DNA of 53,228 nt, counting the filler, from Sluysia triapertura (Eukaryota): assembly GCA_046118255.1 (NCBI GenBank). It is 4 parts of 4 records of this genome, joined end to end, with 100 filler letters (N's around TTAATTAATTAA, not from the genome) between each part and the next. Parts side by side here need not be neighbours in the genome. Positions count along the whole stretch, not along the records: positions 42,287 to 53,228 come from JBJNIA010191163.1; 3 more parts are not named here. One strand, 5' to 3'. The notes under the pieces are model-generated. The model was not told where the DNA came from and did not search any database. It saw only the letters and a program-made list of their open reading frames with translations. A program made the position numbers and the translations under genes. Within the stretch, counting starts at the first letter, position 1; each line of letters opens with the position of its first letter. Positions 52,901 to 53,228 of this stretch are shown one piece after another.

Positions 52901-53228
52901 TATTTAAATGATGGTTATCAGTATTTCAAGTACAGAATTTCGATATTTAAGAATCAAAATTTAATATAAAGAAACAAATACCTTAAAATAAACCTCAAAT
53001 TTCAAAAAATTTTTAAGAACCATAAATTTAATTTTTTTGTATTGAAATTCGTTTCAGTGGATAAGTACAAGATTAATATTTGTTCAAGTACATTTTACTA
53101 TTTTGATATTAAGTTAAACTAACAAGTGTTTAGCTTTTACTTTCATCCTAACATCGGGTCGAACGGTTCGAGTTCAAGTACCTAAGATACAAAAGAGGGG
53201 ACTTCTAATATAACTAAAGCCTCGATTG

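Overview
Very AT-rich eukaryotic (metazoan) genomic DNA made of four contigs (1-13366, 13467-29681, 29782-42186, 42287-53228). They are joined by identical artificial 100-bp spacers (44 N + TTAATTAATTAA + 44 N), so adjacency across the spacers is not reliable. Two complete intron-containing host genes were reconstructed by hand: HSPBP1/Fes1 (25888-26895, three introns of 32-34 nt) and the DEAD-box helicase DDX6/Me31B (34530-36059, introns of 46 and 44 nt). Partial host genes include two exons of a Cav2-type calcium channel alpha-1 subunit (833-2048) and the three last exons of ABHD18 (17495-22377, minus). There is also a probable PPTC7-like last exon (8893-9122, minus) and a protein-kinase terminal exon (36553-36630, minus). 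Most of the rest is decayed mobile DNA: a full-length mariner with TIRs and TA TSD, a Tigger/pogo, a Buster-type hAT end, an L2 LINE 3' end, Ty3/Gypsy gag/pol remnants and two LTR-like families. Tiny introns beside TE-filled long introns suggest a reduced parasitic invertebrate such as the orthonectid Intoshia; this is inference, not verified. The most interesting unexplained signals are (i) a dispersed unclassified repeat family built from a CTGTC...GACAG hairpin, an AAT-rich tract and a decayed ORF; (ii) a DEDDh/REX4-like exonuclease remnant next to an LTR-like sequence; (iii) an LTR-like hairpin with compensatory changes between copies; and (iv) a ubiquitin-like domain in frame, across one TAG, with a retropepsin-like segment. 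No intact novel system could be demonstrated from sequence alone.
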